A stretch of 63,970 nucleotides of DNA, counting the filler, from Octopus bimaculoides (Eukaryota): assembly GCF_001194135.2 (NCBI RefSeq). It is 7 parts of 6 records of this genome, joined end to end, with 100 filler letters (N's around TTAATTAATTAA, not from the genome) between each part and the next. Parts side by side here need not be neighbours in the genome. Positions count along the whole stretch, not along the records: positions 1 to 19,804 come from NC_068996.1; 6 more parts are not named here. The stretch is one strand, 5' to 3'. This document shows positions 1-13,551 of the stretch, one piece after another. The number at the start of each line of letters is the position of its first letter. Position 1 is the stretch's first letter. The notes under the pieces were generated by a model. The model had not been told where the DNA came from. It did no database searches and was given only the letters and a program-made list of their open reading frames with translations. The translations under genes and the position numbers were made by a program.

Positions 1-79
<79 letters not shown>

Positions 80-712
80 GATATATATATATATATATAT
101 CTAATTTCTTTTGGGTCAATTGTTAATTGTGTATGCATCTGAGTCTAGAATGCATGTGTGTGTATACATGTAAGCATATATATGTACACTCACACATACA
201 AGACACACATACATGACGTTTATACAGCTACGCAATGGACCCAAAGGAATTTTTTTCATTGTATAATTATTTAGAAAAGTTTTTACCACATAGGAAAGAG
301 GTTAGATGATTTGAACTCCTTTCATCGGTTAAAGAATTTTAGTTATAATAGAAAATCTGAATTTTTGCGAAGCTTCAGGTGAGAAGTGGTTGGAGAAAGA
401 GGCAAGAAGAGAACTAAGTAGACTAAGAGGTTAGGGATATGACGTTTTGGATGTCGATACTTCATCGGAAAAAGAGAACGTGAAAAAAGTGAAGAAAAGA
501 ATAGAAAATATACATGGAAAGAAAAAGAACGGAAAATGGAGTTTAGAATGTCTTAGATGCCATTGTGAATTATTTCAGAAGTAACCAGAAAGAAATAAAT
601 CCCTTAGTGGAAGAATGGGAAGAAAATTAAGCTACGAAAATTCAGTCATGTCTGTGTATGTATGTATGTATGTATGTATGTATGTATGTATGTATGCATG
701 CATGTATATACT

Positions 713-744
<32 letters not shown>

Positions 745-1099
745 CGTTCGCGAGTGCGTCTGTGTGCATCGATGAATAGATATTTGTTGGTGTTTATATT
801 TTCATTAGGTGAGATGAGTTGGAAGTTTTCTTGAGTGTACATATGTGCATGCCTTTAGTGCGCACGCGCTTGTATGTCTGTGTGTGTGTGATTATGTGTG
901 TCTGTGTTTGCTTGTCTTCGCTTCAGTTTGTTTTTGAATGTTCGCGGGGTTTATTTTATTGCTTTGAATGAGCGTATGGTGGGAAATCGGTATACATTTG
1001 ACAGTTTGCATAAAATTTAAAAAAAAACACGATATCTCATCCAAAAATAAATGTATTTAAGAATATTTTAAAATAATATCAACTAGATTATGGCTGGGA

Positions 1100-1781
1100 G
1101 CTACTCAAATTAGCCACAGCCTCAAGATAGCTCCGGAACCTAGAGTAAGCATTCCTTACTGTGTCTCAGAGACGACATTCGAACACATCCTTGGCCATCA
1201 CTTTGTCCTTGGTGTTGCAGCAGAGCAGTTTGTATCTTCTCAACCGAGCGCCTCACCTAATAACCCGACAACCATTTCTGACTCTTTCTTGAGGTATGAC
1301 GGAGCGCCGAATGTTGTTGCAGCACTTATGGCCTTCCAGCAGCAAACCTCTCTAGTGAGGGATTGACCACAGTCTTCAATAACTTCACATAACAGTCTGA
1401 ATTGAGTCTAAGGCTCTTTTGATCGGTTACTAGATGAACTCCGGCGTGCAGGAAACCTCAGAGAGCCTTTTGTGTCTCTTCCTGCTAGCTACGGCTTCGT
1501 AGTCTCTGTTGCAGCTGTTCATGTCAGCATTTATGGTGTTAACAGGACACTAAGCAGCAATTATGATGTCGGCGTCTCCATTTCTGATGAGAATCATGAT
1601 GATACCGATAACACTCTTCCAGTATTCAGATGGCTTACAGTCCTTCACGTCAGTTAACATTTTCTCAATTTCAACTTTATTCTTTATGCTCTTCAGCGAC
1701 GTTGGTCTGTTTGCCAGTACATCAAGCAACTCCCTAAAAAAAGGAGACTTGAAAAAGTCAAAATTCGCGAACACACCCAGT
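1100..1781 (-). mobile_element. Tc1/mariner-superfamily (maT/DD37D-like) transposase relic, internally deleted
   Basis: Minus-strand translation gives ...YEAVASRKRHKRLSEVSCTPEFI*, then LRLNSDCYVKLLKTVVNPSLERFAAGRP*VLQQHSALRHTSRKSQKWLS and CNTKDKVMAK..DTVRNAYSRFRSYLEAVA. These resemble maT-type transposase blocks (QQDSAPxH motif decayed). Stops and frameshifts present; family call from recalled motifs. Confidence 0.7.
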
Positions 1782-2065
1782 ATATATATATATATATATA
1801 TNNNNNNNNNNNNNNNNNNNNNNNNNNNNNNNNNNNNNNNNNNNNNNNNNNNNNNNNNNNNNNNNNNNNNNNNNNNNNNNNNNNNNNNNNNNNNNNNNNN
1901 NNNNNNNNNNNNNNNNNNNNNNNNNNNNNNNNNNNNNNNNNNNNNNNNNNNNNNNNNNNNNNNNNNNNNNNNNNNNNNNNNNNNNNNNNNNNNNNTGTTG
2001 TAGAAGGACCGGAAGAGGAAGTGGTGGAGGAAAAGTTCTTTCTAAGACAGGAGAGTGACAAAGGG

Positions 2066-2117
2066 AGGTGAATATGTGTGCGTGCGTGAGGTTCTGCAAG
2101 TGTGTGTGTAATAACAT

Positions 2118-2154
<37 letters not shown>

Positions 2155-4273
2155 ACAGAACGTGTGTGTGTGTGTGTAATAACAGAACGTGTGTGTGTGT
2201 GTGTCTATGCGTGGTTTGGTTGTTTATCTGTTAGTGTGTGTTTGTGTGTGTGTGTGACGTAGTGGAAGGAATTAGTAGCAGGAATAGTTAGGGAGTGCTT
2301 GTGGACAATGGTCAGTAGAAGGTAAGCAGGCAGTTTTTGAGTATGTGTATGTAAGTGTGTGTTTGTATTGTGTGGGTGTGATTTCCTAGCAGTGTGTGCC
2401 TGTATTTTTTGTGTACGTGTGTGTATGTGTATATATATATGTGTGTGTACGTGTTTGTGAATATGCGTGCGGTTTGCTTTGTGGATCACACGTGGGTTAT
2501 TTCGTGTGTGTGTGCGTGTATATGCGTAGTATGTGTTCGTGTATGTGTGAGTGTGTATGTAGGTTCATTTGCATGTGTGTGTAAGTGAGTTCGTTTCTAC
2601 ATGTGTGTGTATGTGCCTTCTGTGTGTGCGTGTGTATGTGCGTGTGATGTGTGTGCGTGTGTGTATGTATGTATACTTGGGTGTGTAGGTGTGAGTGCGT
2701 GTTGTGTATGTGTAGGAGTTATGTGCGGGTTCATTTGCATGTTTGTATATGTGGGTTCGTTTGTGCCGGTGTGTGTGTGTCTTCTGTGTGTGTGCGTGTG
2801 NNNNNNNNNNNNNNNNNNNNNNNNNNNNNNNNNNNNNNNNNNNNNNNNNNNNNNNNNNNNNNNNNNNNNNNNNNNNNNNNNNNNNNNNNNNNNNNNNNNN
2901 NNNNNNNNNNNNNNNNNNNNNNNNNNNNNNNNNNNNNNNNNNNNNNNNNNNNNNNNNNNNNNNNATGTGTGTGTGTATTTTGTGCGTGCGCGTGTGTGTA
3001 TGTGTATGTTTTTGTGCGTGCGTGTGTGTTTGTATGTGTGTGTATGTTGTGCATATGTGCGTTGCTGTGTACGTGTGTGTGCGTGCGTTTGCTTCTGTAC
3101 GTGCGTGTGTTGTTTATGCCCATGTGTGTGTGATTGTATGCGTGTTTGGGTGAGTGTGTTGTGTTGGGGAGAGGTGTGTGTGCGTGTGTGTGCGAGTATG
3201 TGTGCGTGTGTGTGTGTGTATGTGCGTATGCATATGTGAGTGTGCGTGTGTATGTGTATGTGTATGTGGGTGTGTCCGTGTGTGTGTGGATGTGCGTGTG
3301 TGTATGTGTGTGGATGTGCGTGTGTGCGTGGGATTGTGAGTGTTAGGTACGTGTGCGTGTGTGTGTATGCGCGTGTGTGTCTATGAGTGTCTGTATGTGT
3401 GTGTCTGTGTGCGTGTGTGTGTATATTTTTGTGCGTGCATGTATTTATTTATGTGTTTCAGCTAAGTGGCTGCGGTCATGCTGGTGCACTACCGTATGTG
3501 TATGTTGTGTATGTTTTCGTGTGTGCGTATGTGTGTGTATGTTGTGTATATGTGCGTTCCTGTGTGTGTGTGTGTGTGCATGTGTTTGCTTACGTACGTG
3601 CGTGCACGTGCGTGTGTCATTTATGCCCCTTGTGAGTGTAGTTGTATGCGTGCGTGTGTGAGTGAGTGTTGTGTGTGTGGGAAGTGTGTGCGTGTGTGCA
3701 TGTGTGTATGTGTGTATGTGTGTACGTGTGTGTATGTGTATGTGTGTGTTTATGTGTGTGTGCGTGCGTATGTGTGTGTGAGAGCGTAAAGATGTGTGCC
3801 AAGTATGTGTGTTTTATTGTGTGTGTGCACTCCTGTGTGTGTGTGTATATGTATGTGACTGTGTATGTACGTGTATGTAGGCGTGCGCGTATATATGGGT
3901 GTGTGTGTGTGTCAGTGTGTGTGTAGGGTTGTGTAAGTAGGTGTGTGTCTCTATCACTGTGCGTGTGTGTGTGTGTGTATATATGTGCGTTCGTCTATAT
4001 GTGTGTGTGAGGGCGCCTGTATGTTTGTCATGCGTGTTTGTCAGGTGTATGGGCGGTATATATGTCAGGTGTGTGGGAGGTGTATGTGTTAGGTGAATGG
4101 GGGTATGTATGGGTTGTCAGGTGTGTGGGAGGTATGTGTGAATGGGGGTATATATGGGTTATGTGTGCAAGGGTGTGTATGCATGGGTGTGTGTATGTGT
4201 ATGTTTGCTTGTTTGTTAGCGTGTGTGTGTATGTGCAAGTGTGCGTGTGTATGTGCGTTTGTATAAGTGTGTG
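2066..4273. repeat. Degenerate (GT)n/(GTAT)n low-complexity array with internal gaps
   Basis: About 2.2 kb of alternating purine-pyrimidine G/T-rich sequence seen directly. Confidence 0.9.
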
Positions 4274-4744
4274 NNNNNNNNNNNNNNNNNNNNNNNNNNN
4301 NNNNNNNNNNNNNNNNNNNNNNNNNNNNNNNNNNNNNNNNNNNNNNNNNNNNNNNNNNNNNNNNNNNNNNNNNNNNNNNNNNNNNNNNNNNNNNNNNNNN
4401 NNNNNNNNNNNNNNNNNNNNNNNNNNNNNNNNNNNNNNNNNNNNNNNNNNNNNNNNNNNNNNNNNNNNNNNNNNNNNNNNNNNNNNNNNNNNNNNNNNNN
4501 NNNNNNNNNNNNNNNNNNNNNNNNNNNNNNNNNNNNNNNNNNNNNNNNNNNNNNNNNNNNNNNNNNNNNNNNNNNNNNNNNNNNNNNNNNNNNNNNNNNN
4601 NNNNNNNNNNNNNNNNNNNNNNNNNNNNNNNNNNNNNNNNNNCCGGAGGGGAAAGGTGTTCTTAGGTTAAAAATATAGCGCTGTTCCAAGTGGAGTTGCG
4701 AGACATCAGTCAAATGACTGAAACAAAAGAATAAAAGAGTAAAA

Positions 4745-4784
<40 letters not shown>

Positions 4785-5661
4785 GCACACGCACACACTC
4801 ACACACACACTGGCATACTTACAGATAGACGGCGTGGGCGTTATGAATTTCGTAAACTCTTAAAATTTTGTCACACCTCATATGCCCTGAACATCAGCAT
4901 ATACATAGATACACACTCCACACAAGTCCACAAACACGCACACAAACTCACACATACACCCTCATGCGTGTCCGTGCATTTGTGTGTGTTCCGGTTATTT
5001 GCATCGGAATTATTAAACTGGTTTCACGCCAATGTCAGACTTAATTCTTTTATCCGAATATATCCGCAGTGTGAATAAATCACAAAGACAGGCTCTCACT
5101 TCCTCCCTCCCACTCTCTTTCTCTAACGCACACTTACATTTACACACACAAACACACACACACACACACACAAACTTGCACGTGGTCATACACACAAAAT
5201 CTTGTGCGCACACACTCACACATAACCACGCACATAGCTTCTTGTCTGATTTCATCCCCGTGTTTCGAAAACACGATTGAGGGTTACTCTTTAAAGGCCA
5301 AACTTTGAAATAGTGAAGACGATAGATCTTTGCATTGCGACACCAAAAGATATGGATTAAAAAGAAAAAAAATTAAAACGGAGGGGAGGAGGAGGAACTA
5401 TGACCCCCACCCTCACCCCAAAACCCACAGAAAAGAACTGCCCTGCAAAAAGGTCATCATAGAAGTATCAACTTCACCCTCATAAAGAGTTCAGCAAAAC
5501 AGCTGCTTGTTATCGTCTTCTAATCTTAGTCGAACACTCACTTTTTTCTTCTTTTCTCAGTTAAATATACATTACACTAACATGAATACGCATACACGCG
5601 CGCGCGCACAAACAGATGCACACGCACACACGCACACGCCAGCGCGTACACACATATTGAC

Positions 5662-5697
<36 letters not shown>

Positions 5698-5707
5698 NNN
5701 NNNNNNN

Positions 5708-5752
<45 letters not shown>

Positions 5753-6165
5753 TCCTTCATTTAGTGATGTAGGATTATCTTAGTATGTAAAAGTTTACAA
5801 ACATTATATATGTTTATAATAAACTCACCGATTACTGTTTCGAATCCTTGTGCTTTCATCCATCCAGTTTTACTTCCCGCGAAAAAGATAAGAAGAGTAC
5901 ACACAAATAAGAAAATTGTTGTTGAGTGTTCTAACCCATTGGTTCTTAAGGATACTGTAAACACCTTTGAAGCGATATAGTGTTATCTCAGCAAAGAGAT
6001 CAGTACGACGTAGTGTCCCAATTGTGACAATTATTTTTAACTCAGTGAAGAACGCTAACTATATATGTATTAATTACCGACCGTTGCTTCTACCGACAAC
6101 GTTGAGTTGTTCCTGTACTTATTTACAGTTTTTGAGGGTTAAATTGTTCTGGCAATTGTGGCATG

Positions 6166-6225
<60 letters not shown>

Positions 6226-7333
6226 CGGAATCTACTCCTCAGCCATCTGCAACACACAAACAGAAAGTGTATGAGCATCTTAATTTGATGACCCTTTCAG
6301 TCGACACTGGAATCAGAAGCAGAGTGAAAACGAAGAGTTGTCTGGCGAGATAATTAGATAAAAAGACGTGACACTATGAAGTTAATGTTTTAAAATGTGT
6401 TAACGAATGAGGCAGTAATAAAAAGTGGAACTATATTTTTTCAAGTAAAGTATGTGAGCACAAATTGTGTCCCTAGAGTTCAAACTGAAGAGAGTAATGC
6501 GAGCAGTGGAGAATATTTAGTTTTAGTTGTAAGGCAAGATATCTGACTAGAAGTTGTGAATCAAGAAACCTAAACTGGATATGAAGTGAGAATGGGAGTA
6601 TGATTGTAATTCAAAAGAGAGTTGATTTCTAGCTGTAAGGTTAGAAACCTGATAAGTGATTATAGCGCGAGAGAGAGTTGATCTGTACTTTTAGATTGAC
6701 AAATAAGAGTCAGTGCTGCGACTCAAGGGAGAAAAGTAGCGAGTCAGTAAGTATTAAAAAAATGGTAATGTTACCTGGATCATTCACCTCCGAATATATA
6801 TAAAGAAATTTCAGTTCCGTGTAAAGTAATATAAAGAAAAGAGAGAGAGAGAAATAACTCTAAGAAACAGTTTGTTTGCAGCCTAGAGTTTTTTTAACAG
6901 TTAGCTACAAATACCAAAACGTGTCGTATTTTGATGCCATTGAATAATGATAGAAAGTGATTTAGTAGGAATACTTGCGGTTTGTATTTCCGCTGTGATT
7001 TCAAGCAAAGTTGAAAAATGTATGCAGGATGAAAAAAGTGGTTTCATTTTAGTTTTAGAGGACAAAAAAAAAAAACGAAAAGAAAAGAAAAGAAAAAAAG
7101 GAATGGATAATTGTTGTTTAGCTTTTTAGCTCTACATCAGCACTGACCGGCATCTGTAGCTAGAAACAGTCCAGCCATGACTATTTCATATTTATTTCAG
7201 GCATTCTGTAGTTCGGATTAAAATTTCCGTGTACTTTTAAAAGTAAGTTGTAGTTTGAGGGAAATTTGATTTCTATTGCTGGAATATTATGCAAGCACTT
7301 AGAAGGTGTCACGGTATGCATTTTAGGTTGAGT

Positions 7334-7408
<75 letters not shown>

Positions 7409-8029
7409 GCACGCACGCGCACACATACACAAAGAAATCATTCATTTCTCGTCACTTTTTTTCTATAACTTAGAATAAGAGGAGCAGCAACCATCACCAT
7501 TTACCAGGTCTTTAAGACGATGTACAAAGACAGAAAAACATGACAATTTTAAATCTTAAGTTAATGATCACAAGCTCAAATGGTTTATAATTCACAAAAT
7601 CCAAGAGTGAATTCCTTTTCTACGAGTCACTTGAGTTCGTGTCCACTTGATGGTTTTTTAATATAAACAGATATTCATTCACTCATATATTAATCCTAAA
7701 TAGATATGAATTTAATCGTTTAATTAGAATGCGTGTGTCGATGCGTGGGTGTGAGAGGAAAAGGGGGAGAAGAGAAGGTATTCCATACCAAATTTATACA
7801 TACACACACGAGCACACACACGCAGCACTTGCGCACATACATACATACATACATACATACATACATTCATACAAACATACATACATACACACATACATAC
7901 ATACATACATACATACAAACATACATACATACATACATACATACATACACTTCGAAAGCTATGTATTTGCAATACAAGAATAGTAGGTTGCTACTAAATA
8001 CCTAACCAACAAAAGAGACAGTGAAGCGC

Positions 8030-8560
8030 AAGATGCAACCGAAAATCTAGCTTATGTCATATTTCTGGAGAAGCCATCACACACGTGATTAGCAGCTGCC
8101 CCAAAATGTCATAAAGCTACTACCTCTCAATGCGACACGAAGTTGTCGCTAAAACAATACACAACACCATTCGGAAAATAGACTATCCTGGAATAAATGG
8201 AGTGAATCCCTCTATTACTGAACAGCGCAAGGAATACTTCTGGAACATTCCCATCACGTGTAAACATAAGAGGCCTGATATTGTTGCTTGCGACAGACAG
8301 GGAAAAGTATGTACTATAATAGAGGTCAAGTGTCCTGCTGGTGTGAATATCTCTTTGGAAATCAAAGAGAAAGAAAATAACTATGGACAACAGCTTCGAA
8401 ACCTCCAGCTTCTATATCCAGATTACAAATTTACATTTATTCCGATAATAATTGGAGCAATTGGTCTTGTAAAGTAAATGCTTGTCAGTCTGGATAAGTT
8501 TGGATTTTCAGAAAAAGAAATCAACCGATTCGCACATTACAAATAGAATAAAAATATGCT
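8030..8560 (+). mobile_element. Non-LTR retrotransposon C-terminus: CCHC zinc knuckle + restriction-like endonuclease (RLE)
   Basis: In-frame SLCHISGEAITHVISSCPKMS*SYYLSMRHEVVAK...RPDIVACD...IIEVKCP...KENNYGQ...IPIIIGAIG. The RHxxV, PD and ExK-type motifs are typical of RLE-clade (R2/R4/NeSL-type) elements. Confidence 0.85.
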
Positions 8561-8879
8561 AGACATTTTTCATGATTAAAATTTGATATTGTTTTTGATA
8601 TCTACATTCCAACGATGCTAGAAAACTGCTCCTTCCTTAGAGGAAGAATCTGAATGCTTAAAAACAAAAGAGGACATGCGTACCTAGACAGGCAGGCACG
8701 CGTGCATATGCTTGCAAATATATAGAGTGTACAAATTAAAGCATACAACACACACACACACACACACACACACGCACGCACACACACACACATAATACAC
8801 ACACACATACACACACATATATGAATATGTGCGTGTGAGTGTCTGTGTATACTTATATATAATACTTATATGTAAATGT

Positions 8880-9207
8880 GAAGGCGCATGGTTCAGTGGT
8901 TAGAGCGTCGAGTTTACGATCGTGAGGTTGTTAGTTCGAATCCCGAACCGGGCTGCGTGTTGTGTTCTTGAGCAAGACACTTTATTTCACGTTGCTCCAG
9001 TTCACTCAGCTGTAGAAATGAGTTGTGACGTCACAGGTGTCAAGCTGTATCAGCCCCTTTGCCTTTCCCTTGGATAACACTGGTGGCGCGGAGAGGGGAG
9101 GCCGGTATGCATGGGCAACTGCTGGTCTTCTATAAACAACTTTGTACGGATTTGTGCCTGGACTTGTGCGCAATTCCATGGTCAGTCATGACCGAAGGGG
9201 GTCTCAG
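8880..9207 (+). mobile_element. tRNA-derived SINE with CORE-like domain
   Basis: A-box TGGTTCAGTGG and B-box GTTCGAATCC, followed by TTCTTGAGCAAGACACTTT...CAGCTGTAGAAATGAG (MIR/CORE-like). A second partial copy lies at 21830-22060. Confidence 0.8.
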
Positions 9208-9999
9208 AATGTAAATGTAAGATACATGGGTACAAAAATAAAGTTTAAATAAATAACCACACACTCACACACATATTCTTGCTTGTGTATGTCTATCTGA
9301 GCATATGTATAATTTATAAACTGAAGGTGAATGACTCTTGACTACGAAACAGAATCAAAGAATTATTACCTGAAACCACCAAAATATGCAATGAATCAGA
9401 AAACATACAACAGCGCAAAATACGTCGAGGCTGAGAAGAAGGTAGAAAATTTATTCGCTTTGGATGTATCAGTAAGAAAAAAATAAAACAACATGAATGA
9501 GAGAAATAGGTCTTTCATAGGCTGGAAGTGGTTCAGTTATTTGTGGATTACCAACATGGTTTGAACATACACTAGAATAGATGCAAGAGAACGACAAAGG
9601 GACCTTATTCTGGGAATTGATAGTACTAATTCACTTTGACCCAACATTTTTACATAGTGCGTATGGTTGCATCCAGAGACCTGCGAAAATCAAATTTTCG
9701 TTAATAGTTTACGATGAATTCACACAACAACTTTTGATTGCAAATGTTTTAAATGAACATCTTGAATAAATATTTTACCAACGCTCTTGAAAGATTAATG
9801 TTCTAGAAAAATATTTTACTGTTTTTATCCACGAAAAAATCAGAAACAGTTAATAAAAGAGCCAAAATTATGTTAGTTGTGTGTTTAATGTTAATTACAT
9901 AGAGATAAGTATTGTTATTATTTTAGTGCTTTTGTTTGTATTGTGTGCTTTCTCTGCTCTGGTGATCACAGCTTAGCATGTCTTGGATATATATAATGT

Positions 10000-10380
10000 A
10001 TTGTTTTGATGATGTCGTTTTTTTTTGTATTGAAAGTACTCAACGTTATATTTGTGCAGAGCTTAATAGTGTATTCCCTGAATGTTCTTGGTTGTGTTTT
10101 TAGTTTTTAATTATTCCCCATATTTTTTATAAGGTTCCATTTCCGTTTTCCTCCTGGTTAATTCTATTTCCAGTTCTTTATATTTCGATGATTTTGATAT
10201 TTGGAACGAAACATCATCATTTATTGGGACTGATATGTCGAATGCAAAACATATCCATACCATGATTACACACACACACACACACATACACACACACACA
10301 CACATGTGTGTGTGTATAAATATATACATACATATATATATGTATATATGTATGTATATATGTATATATATGTATATATG

Positions 10381-10411
<31 letters not shown>

Positions 10412-11130
10412 GTATGTATGTATATGTATGTTTGTGTATATGTATGTATGTATGTGCGTATGTGTGTATATATATGTATGTATGTCCCAGAATATATTTG
10501 CCATTCTCTTATATCTTTTTGGGTGTATGTTCAAAACCTTTTTTTTCTATAAGTAATCTATAATGTTAATACAAATTTCCATCTCTGAAAGTCCAATTTC
10601 TGTCTTTCATGTTGTTAGATTTTTCCTTGCCAATAAATTCAGAGCCAATATACAAAATGGTTTCTTTCCGATCTCAGAGTATTCTGCGTTACTTTGTGTT
10701 TTCTGGCCTGTAACATATTTTGGTGGTTTCAGATGGCAAATCTGTTTCCGTGTTGCAATCAAGAATCTTTCAACATCATAATTATTCGTCTATTTTTCAT
10801 TCATGTCGTTTCGCTAATAACATTTTAGGGGCTGAGCGATATTTTCCATTATTTCCTATTTTTCTTTCAAGTGTTCTAATTTACTTTTGATACTTCAGTG
10901 CTATCAGCATGTATCTTATGAAGTTAACTTGTCTGTTGGGATTCATCATTTCGATGTGGTGCGTTCTAAGAGCGTATTGTTATAGTTTCTCTGTGTGCAT
11001 AAAGTACCGCTAGAAATATGGATATACAACAGAAGCTTATTTCTCTCGTGTCCATTGATAACTTTCTGTTTCATTTGTGAGGCCTAAGAATTAAAACTCA
11101 GCCTTATAGTTTAGATTGTTAACATTTTCA
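10000..11130 (-). mobile_element. Highly decayed RLE-type LINE (thumb, knuckle and RLE regions) split by a microsatellite at 10262-10485
   Basis: Residual EHTPKKI*ENG..ILWD before the microsatellite and [27 protein letters not shown] after it. Confidence 0.55.
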
Positions 11131-11624
11131 TCGGGTACCGGATCATATGATTCCTCTAACATTGTGTTTTAACTCCCCATTTTTCATAATTCTTATGCAA
11201 CAGATCCTTAGTACTAATCCTCTTATTATTAACTTCAAGTTGAGTTATATGAACCTGTCGATATGAAGCGAGTTCTGATAGTTTGTCACAACTACTTTGA
11301 AAATTTGTAATTTGTAATATATTAATCACGAGTATTAATTATCGATAAATATCGATAAGTATTATTTGCTTAAAACATTTCTGTCATGTTCTTGGATTTG
11401 AGCCACTGTTTTCTAATCGCTATCATTGAATATTTATCGGATCACAAATACTGTTCTCTTATGTTCCTTCTTGTTAAACGTCTTCGGTAATTTTCCCTTG
11501 TTGTCACCTTCGTCGTCTTCTTTCTGCTTCTCCTTGTTATTATTGTAGTATTCAGTCAACTACTAGAGTCGAAGGTGTCGATAATATCAACTAAACTCCT
11601 CTCTTTAAAACTAATTACATTGTA

Positions 11625-11890
11625 CGGATTATTATTATTCAGTAGTTTTATTTTTATAACGTGCTTTCACTTCACTACCGAGCGCAGCTCTGTGCGCCTT
11701 GGGTATGTGCTGTGGTTTGCTGTGATGCTCTTATGGTTACTGTATTGAAAGTGTTTTGCGTAGGATGTGGGCAGTACCCAGTAGTGCAATTTTCTGTATG
11801 TTATATATATTTGTAAGTCCTGGTGTTTTTGTTATGTATTTGTCTGAATATTTTTTTATTATACCTAAGGCACCTACTATGATAGGATAT
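11625..11890 (-). mobile_element. 5'-truncated RLE-type LINE 3' end with (AAT)n tail
   Basis: PIIVGALGIIKKYSDKYITKTPGLTNIYNIQKIALLGTAHILRKTLSIQ*, then a short 3' UTR and AAT repeats. Confidence 0.85.
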
Positions 11891-11965
11891 TATTATTATT
11901 ATTACTGTTATCTGCTGCTACTACTACAACTACTACTACTACTACTAATACTAATACTGCTACTA

Positions 11966-12021
<56 letters not shown>

Positions 12022-12026
12022 ACTAT

Positions 12027-12120
<94 letters not shown>
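11890..12120. repeat. Compound trinucleotide microsatellite (ATT)n/(CTA)n/(CTG)n
   Basis: Seen directly. Confidence 0.95.
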
Positions 12121-12121
<1 letters not shown>

Positions 12122-12129
12122 AGATGAGC

Positions 12130-13250
12130 TTTTAATATTTTTTATTTTTTCATTCTCGTTCGGAAACATTTTACAAATAGGTTTACTCTCAAGTATGTTC
12201 AAATATGTATAAAATGTGGAAATTTCCAGCTTTTACTGCACCATCATTCTGGAATTCCAAATAATCCGATTTGCTGGTTAGTCTACCTTGTTTTGCCAGT
12301 TTGTTGCATATTTCTCCTCTTCATAGAACATTTTGATTAACTGTAAAACTGTTTGACTATACAGAAGAGGATCCCACATAAGCTGGGGACAGTTCACATC
12401 TTACATCCTCAGATCATTCATGAAGAGGAAATGGTGAATGAGCCAGATCTTTTCTCAATAACATAATTTGCTAATACAATGACAGCAAGTGTTGGTAGAC
12501 TTGAAGTACTGTGCTCTTGGTATATCCTGGTAAATATTCTCATGAGAATGGGACGTACAATAATAGTTTTGTCGGTGATCGCACAAAATGTTTGCCACTT
12601 CTCTTTCGTTGCTTTATACTTTGTTATGTTCATCGTCAAATTGAAATACTTCTTGAAATGCGACTATATCAAAATCCTTTCTGTAGTCGATACAGTCAAA
12701 TGATGACAACTGCTTCTACGTACTTATATTAACAAGAAAATGACAAATATCCCTCCTGGATAATAAGCATACATGCCGCTTGTTCTAAAGAAATGGAATT
12801 TAATTTTTGCAGATGTTCAATTATTTTGTGAACAATATTTTGGAGAGTAATGTATTGATTTTCAAGTAGAGAAGTGAATGGGTAATAGTTAGATGTACCA
12901 TCTGTTGGTCTTTTCTTGGAAGTCTTTGCAAGGAACCATCTTGGCAACAGGTCCAGGTTATTAAATACGTTGAAGTGACTGATTTTGTGATGTGCAGCAT
13001 GTCTAACTATAGCGATCAAAAGCTTTGAATTTTTAATGGTAGACCTTTTACAGTTTCTTACGTTGATTAAAGCATGCATAAAATAATATATTCTGATGCT
13101 TTAGAGAGACGGTGTTACAGTTTCTATTAGTGTTCTTAATCTGTTACTTTTGATTACACACTTCGTTTTCAAAAATAGCTTTCCACAACTTTCTAATCTT
13201 TCTTTAGAAGATATCTTATCAACATTCATATTTCGATTGCAAGTGTTTTG
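12130..13250 (-). mobile_element. Decayed reverse transcriptase of an RLE-type LINE
   Basis: Collinear remnants KLWKAIFENEV, NYYPFTSL (cf. NYRPITCL), EHLQKLNSISLEQAAC, IDYRKDFD (cf. IDYxKAFD), HHFLFMNDL (cf. HLLFMDDL) and YTYLNILE (cf. YKYLGILE). Confidence 0.75.
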
Positions 13251-13551
13251 CAATGACATGATCTTAAGAGCATCATTTTCTCGACTGTTAAAACTTTCTT
13301 TTTACCAATTATTTAAAAACATTTTTTAAAAATTCTAAGTATTCGAGTGTTTGTAATGTTCCATTTAATCATCATACGACATCTATCCTAAATTTCTAAG
13401 AGTGCTCTGTATGATAAATTATTTTGCTAGCTTCCCTACATATGATATATATTCTATACTAAATTTACTTTTCCACATAGCTATTCTATGTTGATACCAT
13501 CTGTCTTTGGTGAATATATGCCGTTCGTCTAATCTTTCATAGTCTTGTTTT

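Noticed and set aside
7200-7247. Strong-looking acceptor and donor pair (tatttcag...gtaagt)
   Set aside because: Stops in all three frames and no supporting exons; could only be non-coding and cannot be supported here.
9370-10760. Shared 19-mer CTGAAACCACCAAAATATG in opposite orientations (about 9372 and 10720)
   Set aside because: Best explained as two decayed copies of the same LINE region; too short and diverged to imply a functional hairpin.
11756-12127. Poly-Leu ORF (also poly-Arg/Glu/Ser at 17511-18053 and poly-Ile at 18169, 19566)
   Set aside because: Trinucleotide microsatellites; the non-repeat part of 11756 is the antisense of an RLE LINE end.
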